Positions 1 through 7,218 of a stretch of 9,408 nt of DNA are shown here, piece after piece. Made by a program: the position numbers and the translations under genes. Under the pieces are notes generated by a model, which was given only the letters and a program-made list of their open reading frames with translations, was not told the DNA's origin and did no database searches. The first letter of the stretch is position 1, and every line of letters begins with the position of its first letter. The DNA comes from a virus (lineage: Duplodnaviria > Heunggongvirae > Uroviricota > Caudoviricetes), in IMG/VR virus record IMGVR_UViG_2541047897_000001, positions 1 to 9,408 of that record. One strand, given 5' to 3'.

Positions 1-882
1 GTTGCCGTTATGGATGGCAGAACACGCCCGGAACATGCGCGGCTGCACAATATGGTTTTCAGGTATGACGACATTTTCTGGCAGACGCATTACCCGCCCA
101 ATGGCTGGAACTGCCGCTGTCGCGTCCGGGCGCTGTCTGCGGCCCGCATGAAAGAACTGGGGCTACAGGTCAGTTATGGTGCGTCATTCATGAATACCCG
201 CGAAGTGGATGCCGGTACGGATGAAAGCACCGGAGAGATTTTCCGCACATCGTCAACCACGTTTGACAACGGTCGGGTAAAAATGACGCCGGATGTGGGC
301 TGGTCATATAACCCCGGTTCGGCGGCATTTGGTACGGATCAGGCACTGATTCGAAAACTGGTGGAAATTCACGACGCGCAGCTGCGTGAGCAGGTTGTGC
401 AGACACTGAATAACAGCCGGGAGCGTCAGCTTGCTTTTTCCCTCTGGCTTAAACGCCTGGCAGGATCACGTCAGGCCGGTCATGAAATCCGGGCGCTGGG
501 TTTTATGACGGGATCCGTGGCTGAAGCCGTATATCAGCGCACCGGGAATATGCCAGCCCGTTTGCTTGTAATGAACGGGAAAAGTCTGGCGACCACTGCT
601 GATGCCGCCCTGAAACCGGAAGATTTACAGCGTCTGCCGTCGCTGATGGCAAAACCACAGGCGGTATTGTGGGACAGGGAGAACCACCAGTTGCTGTATG
701 TTGTGGCAACCCGCGACGGCACTGCAAAAGTTATGGTCAGAACATCGCAGGCTGTCAGCAAACAGAATGACCGGGCGGATGTGCTGGTCAGTATCAGCCG
801 CGTATCTGCACAGTCGCTTGAAGCCGCGATTGCTGACGGGATGATTGACGTACTGGAGGGGCATGTGGAGGTGAATAAGTGA
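1..882 (+). CDS. F: Head morphogenesis protein, Mu F-like, C-terminal part (5'-truncated by window edge)
   Basis: Frame 1 is open from nt 1 to the TGA at 880-882; the ATG at 10 is only the first in-frame Met, so the gene almost certainly starts upstream of the window. The translated sequence (MVFRYDDIFWQTHYPPNGWNCRCRV...) matches my memory of the Mu F / SPP1 gp7-type head morphogenesis family, and the position directly upstream of G-like and I-like genes fits Mu late-region order. Not confirmed by any search. Confidence 0.8.
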   Translation, partial: VAVMDGRTRPEHARLHNMVFRYDDIFWQTHYPPNGWNCRCRVRALSAARMKELGLQVSYGASFMNTREVDAGTDESTGEIFRTSSTTFDNGRVKMTPDVGWSYNPGSAAFGTDQALIRKLVEIHDAQLREQVVQTLNNSRERQLAFSLWLKRLAGSRQAGHEIRALGFMTGSVAEAVYQRTGNMPARLLVMNGKSLATTADAALKPEDLQRLPSLMAKPQAVLWDRENHQLLYVVATRDGTAKVMVRTSQAVSKQNDRADVLVSISRVSAQSLEAAIADGMIDVLEGHVEVNK

Positions 883-1349
883 GTATTGATATGAACGTTG
901 CCGTGGATGTGCGACGTATTCAGCTTGCGCTGGATGAACTGGGAACCGTCACACGTGACCGCGTCATTCCCCGTGTGATGGCTGCGGCGCTGCTGTCATC
1001 CACGGAACAGGCATTTGAACGGCAGGCAGACCCGGATACAGGGAAAGGCTGGGAAGCGTGGAGCGATTCGTGGCAGGCATGGCGTCAGGATCATGGTTTT
1101 GTTCCGGGCAGTATCCTTACCCTGCATGGCGATCTGGCACGCAGCATTACCACCGATTATGGACAGGATTATGCCCTGATTGGTTCGCCAAAAATTTATG
1201 CTGCCATTCATCAGTGGGGCGGTACACCCGATATGGCACCCCGCCCGGCAGGCGTTCCTGCGCGTCCTTATATGGGGCTGGATAAGACCGGGGAACAGGA
1301 AATTTTTGATGCCATCAGAAAACGCGTCAGCGCCGCTCTGAGGCAATAA
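879..1349 (+). CDS. G: Virion morphogenesis protein, Mu G-like
   Basis: 156-codon ORF starting at GTG 879, which overlaps the F stop. A GGAGG at 866-870 sits 8 nt upstream. An alternative ATG at 891 would give 152 aa. Size and position (after F, before I) match Mu G. Stop TAA at 1347-1349. Confidence 0.75.
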   Translation: MSIDMNVAVDVRRIQLALDELGTVTRDRVIPRVMAAALLSSTEQAFERQADPDTGKGWEAWSDSWQAWRQDHGFVPGSILTLHGDLARSITTDYGQDYALIGSPKIYAAIHQWGGTPDMAPRPAGVPARPYMGLDKTGEQEIFDAIRKRVSAALRQ

Positions 1350-1396
1350 ACAGAATCAGGCATAAAATCAGCCGCACAGATTTTTTAAAACGCGCC

Positions 1397-1438
1397 ACGG
1401 GATTTTTAAACCGGTATTTAACGGTGTATGAATCCCGT
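1397..1438 (+). terminator. Candidate terminator-like hairpin in the G-I intergenic region
   Basis: Inverted repeat acgggatt (1397-1404) / aatcccgt (1431-1438), an 8 bp stem with a large 26 nt loop, followed by the T-rich run ttttatcttccttcc. The loop is larger than a classic intrinsic terminator, so this is tentative. Confidence 0.3.
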
Positions 1439-1545
1439 TTTATCTTCCTTCCACTTTCTTTCTCCAGTACTCAAATAGCATAACCCCAGATTTTCCCGCA
1501 CCTCCCGCAAACTGACTGCTCACAAACCATGATGAGCAGCAGGAC
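1439..1545 (+). promoter_or_regulatory. Probable late promoter region for the I-T head operon (exact -10/-35 not resolved)
   Basis: 196 bp non-coding gap between G and I where all other gene junctions are tight. In Mu a C-activated late promoter (P_I) lies upstream of I. I cannot confidently pick out the hexamers or an activator site by eye. Confidence 0.3.
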
Positions 1546-2628
1546 ATGAAAAAACACGCGATTGGCATTGCCGCACTGAATGCGCTGTCCATTGACGATG
1601 ACGGCTGGTGCCAGCTATTGCCTGCCGGTCATTTCAGTGCCCGTGATGGTCGTCCGTTTGATGTGACAGGCGGTCAGGGGTGGTTCATCGACGGTGAGAT
1701 TGCCGGGCGTCTGGTTGAAGGCGTTCGCGCGCTCAACCAGGACGTGCTGATTGATTACGAGCATAACCAGCTACGTAAGGACAAAGGATTACCCCCGGAA
1801 CAACTCGTCGCGGCTGGCTGGTTTAACGCCGATGAAATGCAGTGGCGTGAAGGTGAAGGATTATTTATCCACCCACGCTGGACGGCGGCGGCACAGCAGC
1901 GCATCGATGACGGCGAATTTGGTTATCTCTCTGCGGTTTTTCCGTATGACACCGCCACCGGTGCGGTGCTGCAAATCCGCCTTGCTGCGCTGACCAATGA
2001 CCCCGGTGCCACCGGCATGAAAAAGCTGACCGCACTGGCGGCAGACCTTCCCGACATCCTTCAACAGGAGAACAAACCCATGAATGAAACGCTGCGCAAG
2101 CTGCTTGCGCGTCTTGGGGTGACTGTCCCCGAAAATGCAGACATCACCGATGAACAGGCAACAGCGGCACTGACCGCGCTGGACACGCTGGAAATTAATG
2201 CCGGGAAAGTGGCGGCGTTGTCTGCCGAACTGGAAAAGGCACAGAAAGCCGCCGTTGACCTGACGAAATACGTCCCGGTGGAAAGCTACAACGCCCTGCG
2301 TGATGAACTGGCCCAGGCGACTGCACAAAGCGCCACAGCCAGCCTGAGCGCCGTTCTGGACAAGGCGGAACAGGAAGGCCGCATTTTCAAAAGCGAACGT
2401 ACCTACCTGGAACAGCTTGGCGGTCAGATTGGCGTGGCGGCACTGTCGGCACAGCTTGAGAAAAAACAGCCCATCGCTGCGTTATCTGCCATGCAGACCA
2501 CCACAGCGAAAATCCCGTCGCAGGAAAAACCGGCGGTGGCGGTGCTGTCTGCGGAAGATCTCGCCGCAGCCCGTCTGCTGGGTAAAACCGAAGCAGAATT
2601 TCTGAAACTGAAAGAGGATTCAAAATAA
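1546..2628 (+). CDS. I: Prohead protease / scaffold protein, Mu I-like
   Basis: 360 aa ORF with ATG at 1546 and AGGA 4-5 nt upstream. The N-terminal half has globular composition and the C-terminal half is Ala/Leu/Glu/Lys/Gln-rich and helical, as expected for a protease-scaffold fusion. Stop TAA at 2626-2628 overlaps the T start (TAATG). Size and position match Mu I. Confidence 0.85.
   Translation: MKKHAIGIAALNALSIDDDGWCQLLPAGHFSARDGRPFDVTGGQGWFIDGEIAGRLVEGVRALNQDVLIDYEHNQLRKDKGLPPEQLVAAGWFNADEMQWREGEGLFIHPRWTAAAQQRIDDGEFGYLSAVFPYDTATGAVLQIRLAALTNDPGATGMKKLTALAADLPDILQQENKPMNETLRKLLARLGVTVPENADITDEQATAALTALDTLEINAGKVAALSAELEKAQKAAVDLTKYVPVESYNALRDELAQATAQSATASLSAVLDKAEQEGRIFKSERTYLEQLGGQIGVAALSAQLEKKQPIAALSAMQTTTAKIPSQEKPAVAVLSAEDLAAARLLGKTEAEFLKLKEDSK
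2080..2628 (+). CDS. Z: Nested in-frame scaffold protein (Mu Z-like), translated from an internal start within I
   Basis: In-frame ATG at 2080 (codon 179 of I) with a strong SD, AGGAG at 2066-2070, 9 nt upstream. The product would be the helical C-terminal 182 aa. Mu is known to make scaffold Z from an internal start in I; the exact start here is inferred. Confidence 0.4.
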   Translation: MNETLRKLLARLGVTVPENADITDEQATAALTALDTLEINAGKVAALSAELEKAQKAAVDLTKYVPVESYNALRDELAQATAQSATASLSAVLDKAEQEGRIFKSERTYLEQLGGQIGVAALSAQLEKKQPIAALSAMQTTTAKIPSQEKPAVAVLSAEDLAAARLLGKTEAEFLKLKEDSK

Positions 2629-3566
2629 TGCCAACTCCGATTACTCCGGCGATGATCACCTCGCTGATGACCGGCTACCGTGGCGATTTTCAGGCCGGTA
2701 TGGCAATGGCCCCGTCGCAGTACCAGCAAATTGCAATGACCGTGCCGTCCACGTCGAAATCCAACACGTACGGCTGGCTGGGCCAGTTTCCGCAATTCCG
2801 TGAGTGGATTGGTTCGCGTGTCATCGAGAAGATGAAAGCCTATGGCTATTCCATTGTGAACAAAACCTTTGAAGGCACGGTAGCCATTAACCGTGATGAC
2901 TTCGAAGACGACAATCTCGGTATTTATTCTCCGCTGTTCCAGGAAATGGGCCGTGCCGCAGCGGCACAGCCGGACGAACTGGTGTTCGCAGCCCTGCGTG
3001 ACGGTGTGAAAGTCGCCTGTTATGACGGACAGAACTTCTTCGATACCGAACATCCTGTTTATCCGAAAGTGGATGGCACCGGAGATGTGCAGAACGTCAG
3101 TAATAAATTTGTGGCACAGACTGCCGAAAAAAGCGATTACACCGGTCCGGCCTGGTATCTGCTTGACTGTTCCCGCGCTGTGAAACCGCTGATTTATCAG
3201 GATCGCCGCAAGGCAGAACTGGTCGCCCAGACAAAAGTCGATGAAGGCCGGGCGTTTACGGATAACGAGTTTGTGTTTGGTGCATCAGCCCGTCGCAATG
3301 TGGGGTACGGCTTCTGGCAGATGGCTTACATGATGCAGGCACCGCTGACGCTGGATAATCTCTGGCTCGGCTGGTCGGCCATGCGTGAATTTACGGCTGA
3401 TGGCGGGCGCAAGCTGGGGATTAAGCCCACGCACATTGTGGTGCCCACCTCTCTGGAAAAACAGGCGGTGCAGTTACTGGAACGCGAACTGTTCGCGGAT
3501 GGCAATACCACCGTCTCCAACGAGATGAAGGGCAAGCTGCAACTGGTTGTCGCTGACTACCTGTAA
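2628..3566 (+). CDS. T: Major capsid (head) protein, Mu T-like
   Basis: 312 aa ORF translationally coupled to I (TAATG). The sequence (MPTPITPAMITSLMTGYRGDFQAGMAMAPSQYQQIA...) matches my memory of the Mu T major head subunit family. It is followed by a strong hairpin terminator, as is common after abundant capsid genes. Confidence 0.9.
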   Translation: MPTPITPAMITSLMTGYRGDFQAGMAMAPSQYQQIAMTVPSTSKSNTYGWLGQFPQFREWIGSRVIEKMKAYGYSIVNKTFEGTVAINRDDFEDDNLGIYSPLFQEMGRAAAAQPDELVFAALRDGVKVACYDGQNFFDTEHPVYPKVDGTGDVQNVSNKFVAQTAEKSDYTGPAWYLLDCSRAVKPLIYQDRRKAELVAQTKVDEGRAFTDNEFVFGASARRNVGYGFWQMAYMMQAPLTLDNLWLGWSAMREFTADGGRKLGIKPTHIVVPTSLEKQAVQLLERELFADGNTTVSNEMKGKLQLVVADYL

Positions 3567-3574
3567 CCGTCATT

Positions 3575-3598
3575 AAAAGGCGGTTCAGACCGCCTTTT
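3575..3598. terminator. Rho-independent terminator/attenuator downstream of the capsid gene
   Basis: Perfect 10 bp inverted repeat aaaaggcggt (3575-3584) / accgcctttt (3589-3598) with a 4 nt loop tcag. The GC core (ggcgg/ccgcc) is flanked by an A-run on the left and a T-run on the right, so it is symmetric and could act on either strand. Confidence 0.6.
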
Positions 3599-3632
3599 AA
3601 CCTGATTTAAAGGAAAAGGAGGAGCATGTGTT

Positions 3633-4043
3633 ATGTCAGGCACTTCGCTTAATTCACAACGGCTGGACACTTCTCGCATCACTTGCACGGCGATTATTAA
3701 ATGCCTTCGTCCGGTCTACCGCCGCGCCGGAATCGCCTTTACACGTGGCGAAAACACCGTGGAAGTCACCGAAGAACAACTGGCGATCATTCGTGCCGAC
3801 AGCGTGCTGTCTGTGGTATCTGCATCGTCAGCAGAAACGCTCGCTGAGGCTGGGGGGCTGGACGTTCTGGGTGTGGGCGATCTGAATACCCGTATCCGTG
3901 CGACCGTTGCCGGTCTGGATAAGGCAAACCCGGAACACTTTACCGCAGGGGGAGAACCCAAAGTGAAAGCCGTCAGTGCGGCGCTGGGAGAAAACGTCAC
4001 TGCGGCACAAATCAAAGCCGCGCTGGCTGAGGCACAAGCATGA
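3633..4043 (+). CDS. Small head-completion protein, Mu gp35-like (hypothetical)
   Basis: 136 aa ORF with ATG at 3633 and a strong SD (ggagg at 3620-3624) 8 nt upstream. The position immediately after the capsid gene matches the Mu/FluMu gp35 slot. Stop TGA overlaps the next start (ATGA at 4040-4043). Confidence 0.65.
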   Translation: MSGTSLNSQRLDTSRITCTAIIKCLRPVYRRAGIAFTRGENTVEVTEEQLAIIRADSVLSVVSASSAETLAEAGGLDVLGVGDLNTRIRATVAGLDKANPEHFTAGGEPKVKAVSAALGENVTAAQIKAALAEAQA

Positions 4044-4462
4044 GCTATGCCACTCTTGACGACATGGTAAAGCGTTACCGGCGCAGCAGCCTGGACGCGC
4101 TGACATCGGATAAAACCGATTCGGGCGAACCGGATGACAGCCTGGTTGAACAGGCGTTACAGGATGCCCGTGCACTTATCGACAGCTATATCAGCCCGCG
4201 TTATCCGTTGCCGTTATCTGTTGTGCCAGCCGCCCTGACCCGCGTCTGCTGTGATATTGCCTTCTATTACCTGTGTGATGCGCAGGCAACCGAGCAGTGC
4301 ACGCAGCGTTATAAAGATGCCGTTAAGTGGCTGCATGACGTACTTAACGAAAAATTGCCGCTGGGAACGGACGCGCATGGCGCTGAACCGGTGAGCGAAA
4401 ATCTGGTGGAAGTGAAATCTGATACCGCTGTTTTTTCCCGTAACCAGAGAGGATTCATCTGA
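4040..4462 (+). CDS. Head-tail connector / neck protein, Mu gp36-like (DUF1320-type)
   Basis: 140 aa ORF with ATG at 4040 overlapping the upstream stop, and gagg 7-8 nt upstream. Position and size match Mu gp36 (often called J). Stop TGA at 4460-4462 overlaps the next start. Confidence 0.7.
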   Translation: MSYATLDDMVKRYRRSSLDALTSDKTDSGEPDDSLVEQALQDARALIDSYISPRYPLPLSVVPAALTRVCCDIAFYYLCDAQATEQCTQRYKDAVKWLHDVLNEKLPLGTDAHGAEPVSENLVEVKSDTAVFSRNQRGFI

Positions 4463-4995
4463 TGATTGCCACGACAGAAGCTGCGTTGCTTGAAACCGTT
4501 CGCGGGCTGTTCGGGCGAACGTTACGCGAAATCAAAACGCATCCGGGCACCTGGTCTGATGCCGCAATAAAAAAAATCCTGATTGCACCACCGTCTGTTT
4601 ATCTGGCGTGGCTGGGCTGCGGTGAAGGCCGCACCCGCCGTGAGGTGGAAAGCCGCTGGGTGTTTTATGTGGTGGCAAAAATGCTGAATGGTCGGGAGAC
4701 CGACCGTCCGGGGATTTACCAGATTGTTGAGCGTCTGATTGCCGGGATGAATGGACAGACGTTTGGCCCGACTACCGGCCTGCGCCTGACCAGCGTCCAG
4801 AACCTGTATACCAGTGCTCAGGGTAATTCAGGTGTCGCACTGTACGGCATCTATTTCAGTGGCATCACGCCGTTGCCGTCAGGTGTGGACATGGATTCGC
4901 TGGATGATTACGAGCGTCACTGGCAGACCTGGAAATTCCCGGACGAAACCCCGGAATTTGCCGCACATATCAATGTTAATGGAGGAACTGATTAG
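4462..4995 (+). CDS. Head-tail joining / tail completion protein, Mu gp37-like
   Basis: 177 aa ORF with ATG at 4462 (TGATG overlap with the upstream stop) and SD agagagga 8 nt upstream. Position and size match Mu gp37 (often called K). Stop TAG at 4993-4995. Confidence 0.7.
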   Translation: MIATTEAALLETVRGLFGRTLREIKTHPGTWSDAAIKKILIAPPSVYLAWLGCGEGRTRREVESRWVFYVVAKMLNGRETDRPGIYQIVERLIAGMNGQTFGPTTGLRLTSVQNLYTSAQGNSGVALYGIYFSGITPLPSGVDMDSLDDYERHWQTWKFPDETPEFAAHINVNGGTD

Positions 4996-5006
4996 TTGGG
5001 GTAAGA

Positions 5007-5034
5007 AAGCCACACAATGCTGGTTGTGTGGCTT
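5007..5034. terminator. Bidirectional hairpin terminator between the convergent gp37-like gene and the minus-strand accessory gene
   Basis: Perfect inverted repeat agccacacaa (5008-5017) / ttgtgtggct (5024-5033) with loop tgctgg, extendable to 11 bp with the a5007:t5034 pair. It lies between two convergent stop codons (TAG at 4993-4995 on +, TAA at 5053-5055 on -). The flanking runs are only moderately U-rich on either strand. Confidence 0.45.
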
Positions 5035-5052
5035 GATTCTGCGGTTTAGTGC

Positions 5053-5385
5053 TTAGGTTCGTTTTTCAGAGATGATAATTCGCTCTCCGTCAATGATGCG
5101 TTGTTTTAACCCACTGATGGTGGCCTGGAAATCTGAACCATCGGGTGCGAATGAAAGCTCGATGGTTCCGCCTGAGTTAAAAACGACGGAATGAAAGATT
5201 TTTCCGTCTTTTCTTTCAATTTCATAGGAACAGATATCCGCAAGGTGTTCTATTCCGAAAGAGAGGATCTTATCCATGTGTGCTGAAACAGATTTTGCAC
5301 GTACAACAGGGGAACCATCCTCCCCGATTTTGATCTCCAGAGGTCCATTGCCGGGAGTCATGGTTACTGGTTTAGGTTCGGTCAT
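5053..5385 (-). CDS. Hypothetical protein, 110 aa; moron-like accessory gene of unknown function, opposite in orientation to the structural operon
   Basis: The only minus-strand ORF that does not lie antisense inside a + strand gene. ATG is the complement of 5383-5385 and the minus-strand reading is AGAGGAG-TATCAAAA-ATG, giving a strong SD about 8 nt upstream. Stop TAA is the complement of 5053-5055. Local GC is about 40-48% by hand count on three 60-nt stretches, clearly AT-richer than the flanking phage genes (not measured). The protein (MTEPKPVTMTPGNGPLEIKIGEDGSPVVRAKSVSAHMDKILSFGIEHLADICSYEIERKDGKIFHSVVFNSGGTIELSFAPDGSDFQATISGLKQRIIDGERIIISEKRT) is hydrophilic, slightly acidic, with no signal peptide or TM segment, and its alternating pattern suggests beta strands. 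I recognise no catalytic motif or family. Confidence 0.6.
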   Translation of the reverse strand: MTEPKPVTMTPGNGPLEIKIGEDGSPVVRAKSVSAHMDKILSFGIEHLADICSYEIERKDGKIFHSVVFNSGGTIELSFAPDGSDFQATISGLKQRIIDGERIIISEKRT

Positions 5386-5419
5386 TTTTGATACTCCTCT
5401 TTTAGAAATAACCGCATCT

Positions 5420-5448
5420 TTTATACAGACAAAAACAATGCGTGAAAA
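5420..5448 (-). promoter_or_regulatory. Candidate sigma70 promoter for the minus-strand accessory gene
   Basis: On the minus strand: TTTTCA (complement of 5443-5448), 17 nt spacer, TATAAA (complement of 5420-5425). This sits about 35 nt upstream of the ATG, in the AT-rich gap. It is a by-eye hexamer match only. Confidence 0.3.
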
Positions 5449-5500
5449 CAGTGCCGGAACATCCTGTCAGTAACCGGGACATATCAGAAAGTAATCTTTA

Positions 5501-5725
5501 GTGAAAATGGCTATGAATGACGTTCTGAAAATTAAACCCGCAGCGGGAAAAGCCATCCGTGACCCGCTCACGATGAAATTACTGGCGTCTGAGGGGGAAG
5601 AAAAGCCCCGTAACAGTTTCTGGATACGTCGCCTTGCAGCCGGTGATGTGGTTGAAGTCGGGAGCACCGAAAACACGGCGGATGATACCGACGCTGCGCC
5701 GAAAAAACGGAGTAAATCGAAATGA
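5501..5725 (+). CDS. Small conserved protein, Mu gp38-like (DUF2635-type)
   Basis: 74-codon ORF from GTG 5501; alternative starts are ATG 5507 or ATG 5513. No convincing SD precedes any of them. Stop TGA at 5723-5725 overlaps the sheath gene start (ATGA). The position immediately upstream of the tail sheath matches Mu gp38. Start codon is uncertain. Confidence 0.55.
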   Translation: MKMAMNDVLKIKPAAGKAIRDPLTMKLLASEGEEKPRNSFWIRRLAAGDVVEVGSTENTADDTDAAPKKRSKSK

Positions 5726-7209
5726 GCGATATTTCATTTAACGCGATCCCGTCAGATGTTCGCGTTCCTCTGACGTATATCGAATTTGATAACAGTAATG
5801 CCGTCAGCGGAACACCGGCCCCCCGTCAGCGCGTGCTGATGTTCGGACAAAGCGGAAGTAAAGCCAGTGCGGCACCAGACGTGCCTGTCCGTATCCGTTC
5901 CGGCTCACAGGCCAGAGCGGCGTTTGGTCAGGGTTCCATGCTGGCACTGATGGCAGATGCATTCCTGAACGCTAACCGCGTGGCGGAGCTGTGGTGTATT
6001 CCGCAGGGGAACGGCACCGGTAATGCTGCTGTCGGTGAAATTTCACTGTCAGGAACGGCAGGCGAAAACGGCTCGCTTGTGACTTACATTGCCGGTCAGC
6101 GACTGGCGATATCTGTCGCAGCAGGTGCTACAGGGGCGGCGCTGGCTGACCTGCTGGTTGCCCGAATCAAAGGCCAGCCTGATTTACCGGTGACGGCAGA
6201 AGTTCGCGCAGACAGCGGGGATGATGACACCCATGCAGATGTGGTTCTGAGTGCAAAATTTACGGGTGCATTATCTGCCGTGGATGTGCGCTGGAACTAT
6301 TACGCGGGTGAAACCACCCCTTACGGGATTATCACGGCATTCAAAGCCGCCTCCGGGAAAAATGGCAACCCGGATATCAGCGCAAGTATCGCGGGAATGG
6401 GAGATCTGCAATACAAATATATTGTGATGCCCTATACCGATGAACCGAACCTGAATCTGTTACGCACTGAATTGCAGGAACGCTGGGGACCGGTCAATCA
6501 GGCTGATGGCTTTGCCGTGACAGTGCTGTCCGGCACGTATGGGGATATTTCCACGTTTGGTGTCAGTCGTAATGACCATCTGATCTCCTGTATGGGGATT
6601 GCCGGTGCACCGGAACCGTCATATCTGTACGCCGCCACACTGTGTGCCGTTGCCAGCCAGGCGCTTTCCATCGACCCGGCGCGTCCTCTCCAGACGCTGA
6701 CGTTGCCCGGAAGAATGCCGCCTGCGGTGGGGGATCGTTTCACCTGGTCAGAACGTAATGCGCTGCTGTTTGACGGCATCTCCACGTTTAACGTGAATGA
6801 TGGTGGTGAAATGCAGATTGAACGCATGATCACGATGTACCGCACAAACAAGTACGGTGACAGTGATCCGTCTTATCTGAACGTGAATACCATCGCCACG
6901 CTGAGTTATCTGCGTTATTCACTGCGAACCCGCATCACGCAGAAATTCCCGAACTACAAGCTGGCAAGTGATGGCACCCGCTTTGCCACCGGTCAGGCCG
7001 TGGTGACGCCATCCGTGATCAAAACGGAGCTGCTGGCACTGTTTGAAGAATGGGAAAACGCCGGACTGGTCGAGGATTTCGACACGTTCAAAGAGGAGCT
7101 GTATGTGGCACGTAACAAGGACGACAAAGACCGCCTTGATGTGCTGTGCGGCCCGAATCTGATTAACCAGTTCCGCATTTTCGCGGCACAAGTTCAGTTC
7201 ATTCTGTAA
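5722..7209 (+). CDS. L: Tail sheath protein, Mu L-like
   Basis: 495 aa ORF with ATG at 5722 and ggag 9 nt upstream. Size and position (before a 118 aa tube gene) are typical of a contractile tail sheath and match Mu L. Confidence 0.9.
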   Translation: MSDISFNAIPSDVRVPLTYIEFDNSNAVSGTPAPRQRVLMFGQSGSKASAAPDVPVRIRSGSQARAAFGQGSMLALMADAFLNANRVAELWCIPQGNGTGNAAVGEISLSGTAGENGSLVTYIAGQRLAISVAAGATGAALADLLVARIKGQPDLPVTAEVRADSGDDDTHADVVLSAKFTGALSAVDVRWNYYAGETTPYGIITAFKAASGKNGNPDISASIAGMGDLQYKYIVMPYTDEPNLNLLRTELQERWGPVNQADGFAVTVLSGTYGDISTFGVSRNDHLISCMGIAGAPEPSYLYAATLCAVASQALSIDPARPLQTLTLPGRMPPAVGDRFTWSERNALLFDGISTFNVNDGGEMQIERMITMYRTNKYGDSDPSYLNVNTIATLSYLRYSLRTRITQKFPNYKLASDGTRFATGQAVVTPSVIKTELLALFEEWENAGLVEDFDTFKEELYVARNKDDKDRLDVLCGPNLINQFRIFAAQVQFIL

Positions 7210-7218
7210 GGAGCATTT

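Noticed and set aside
1350-1545. Anti-CRISPR or other small cargo gene at the G-I junction, the known acr site in Pseudomonas Mu-like phages
   Set aside because: No plausible ORF: only a 16-codon ATG frame at 1428 and a 7-codon frame at 1528, with no SD.
2424-3053. 209 aa minus-strand ORF antisense to the I/T genes, plus similar antisense ORFs at 188-406, 503-727, 534-761, 625-864, 996-1346, 1861-2328, 2387-2659, 3326-3535, 3716-4015 and 3828-4175
   Set aside because: All lie entirely inside well-supported + strand structural genes. Their Arg/Cys/His/Pro-rich, low-complexity translations are typical of antisense frames of GC-rich coding DNA, and none has its own start signals.
4814-5056. 80 aa + strand ORF in an alternative frame spanning the end of the gp37-like gene and the hairpin; also + strand alternative-frame ORFs at 1058-1285, 1751-1993, 2417-2605 and 3628-3885
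   Set aside because: Out-of-frame overlaps of better-supported genes with no SD. The 3628 GTG frame competes with the strongly supported ATG at 3633.
5045-5503. 7 bp direct repeat tttagtg at 5045-5051 and 5497-5503, flanking the inserted module, as a possible target-site duplication
   Set aside because: A 7-mer match between two roughly 60-110 bp AT-rich flanks is expected by chance about one time in three. No terminal inverted repeats or transposase/integrase gene are present.
5276-5676. Two short ORFs (5276-5473 on +, 65 aa; 5467-5676 on -, 69 aa) in and around the inserted segment
   Set aside because: The first is antisense to the 110 aa reverse gene and runs through its promoter region. 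The second is antisense to the gp38-like gene. Neither has convincing start signals, so both are treated as noise. A small protein or sRNA in 5386-5500 cannot be fully excluded.
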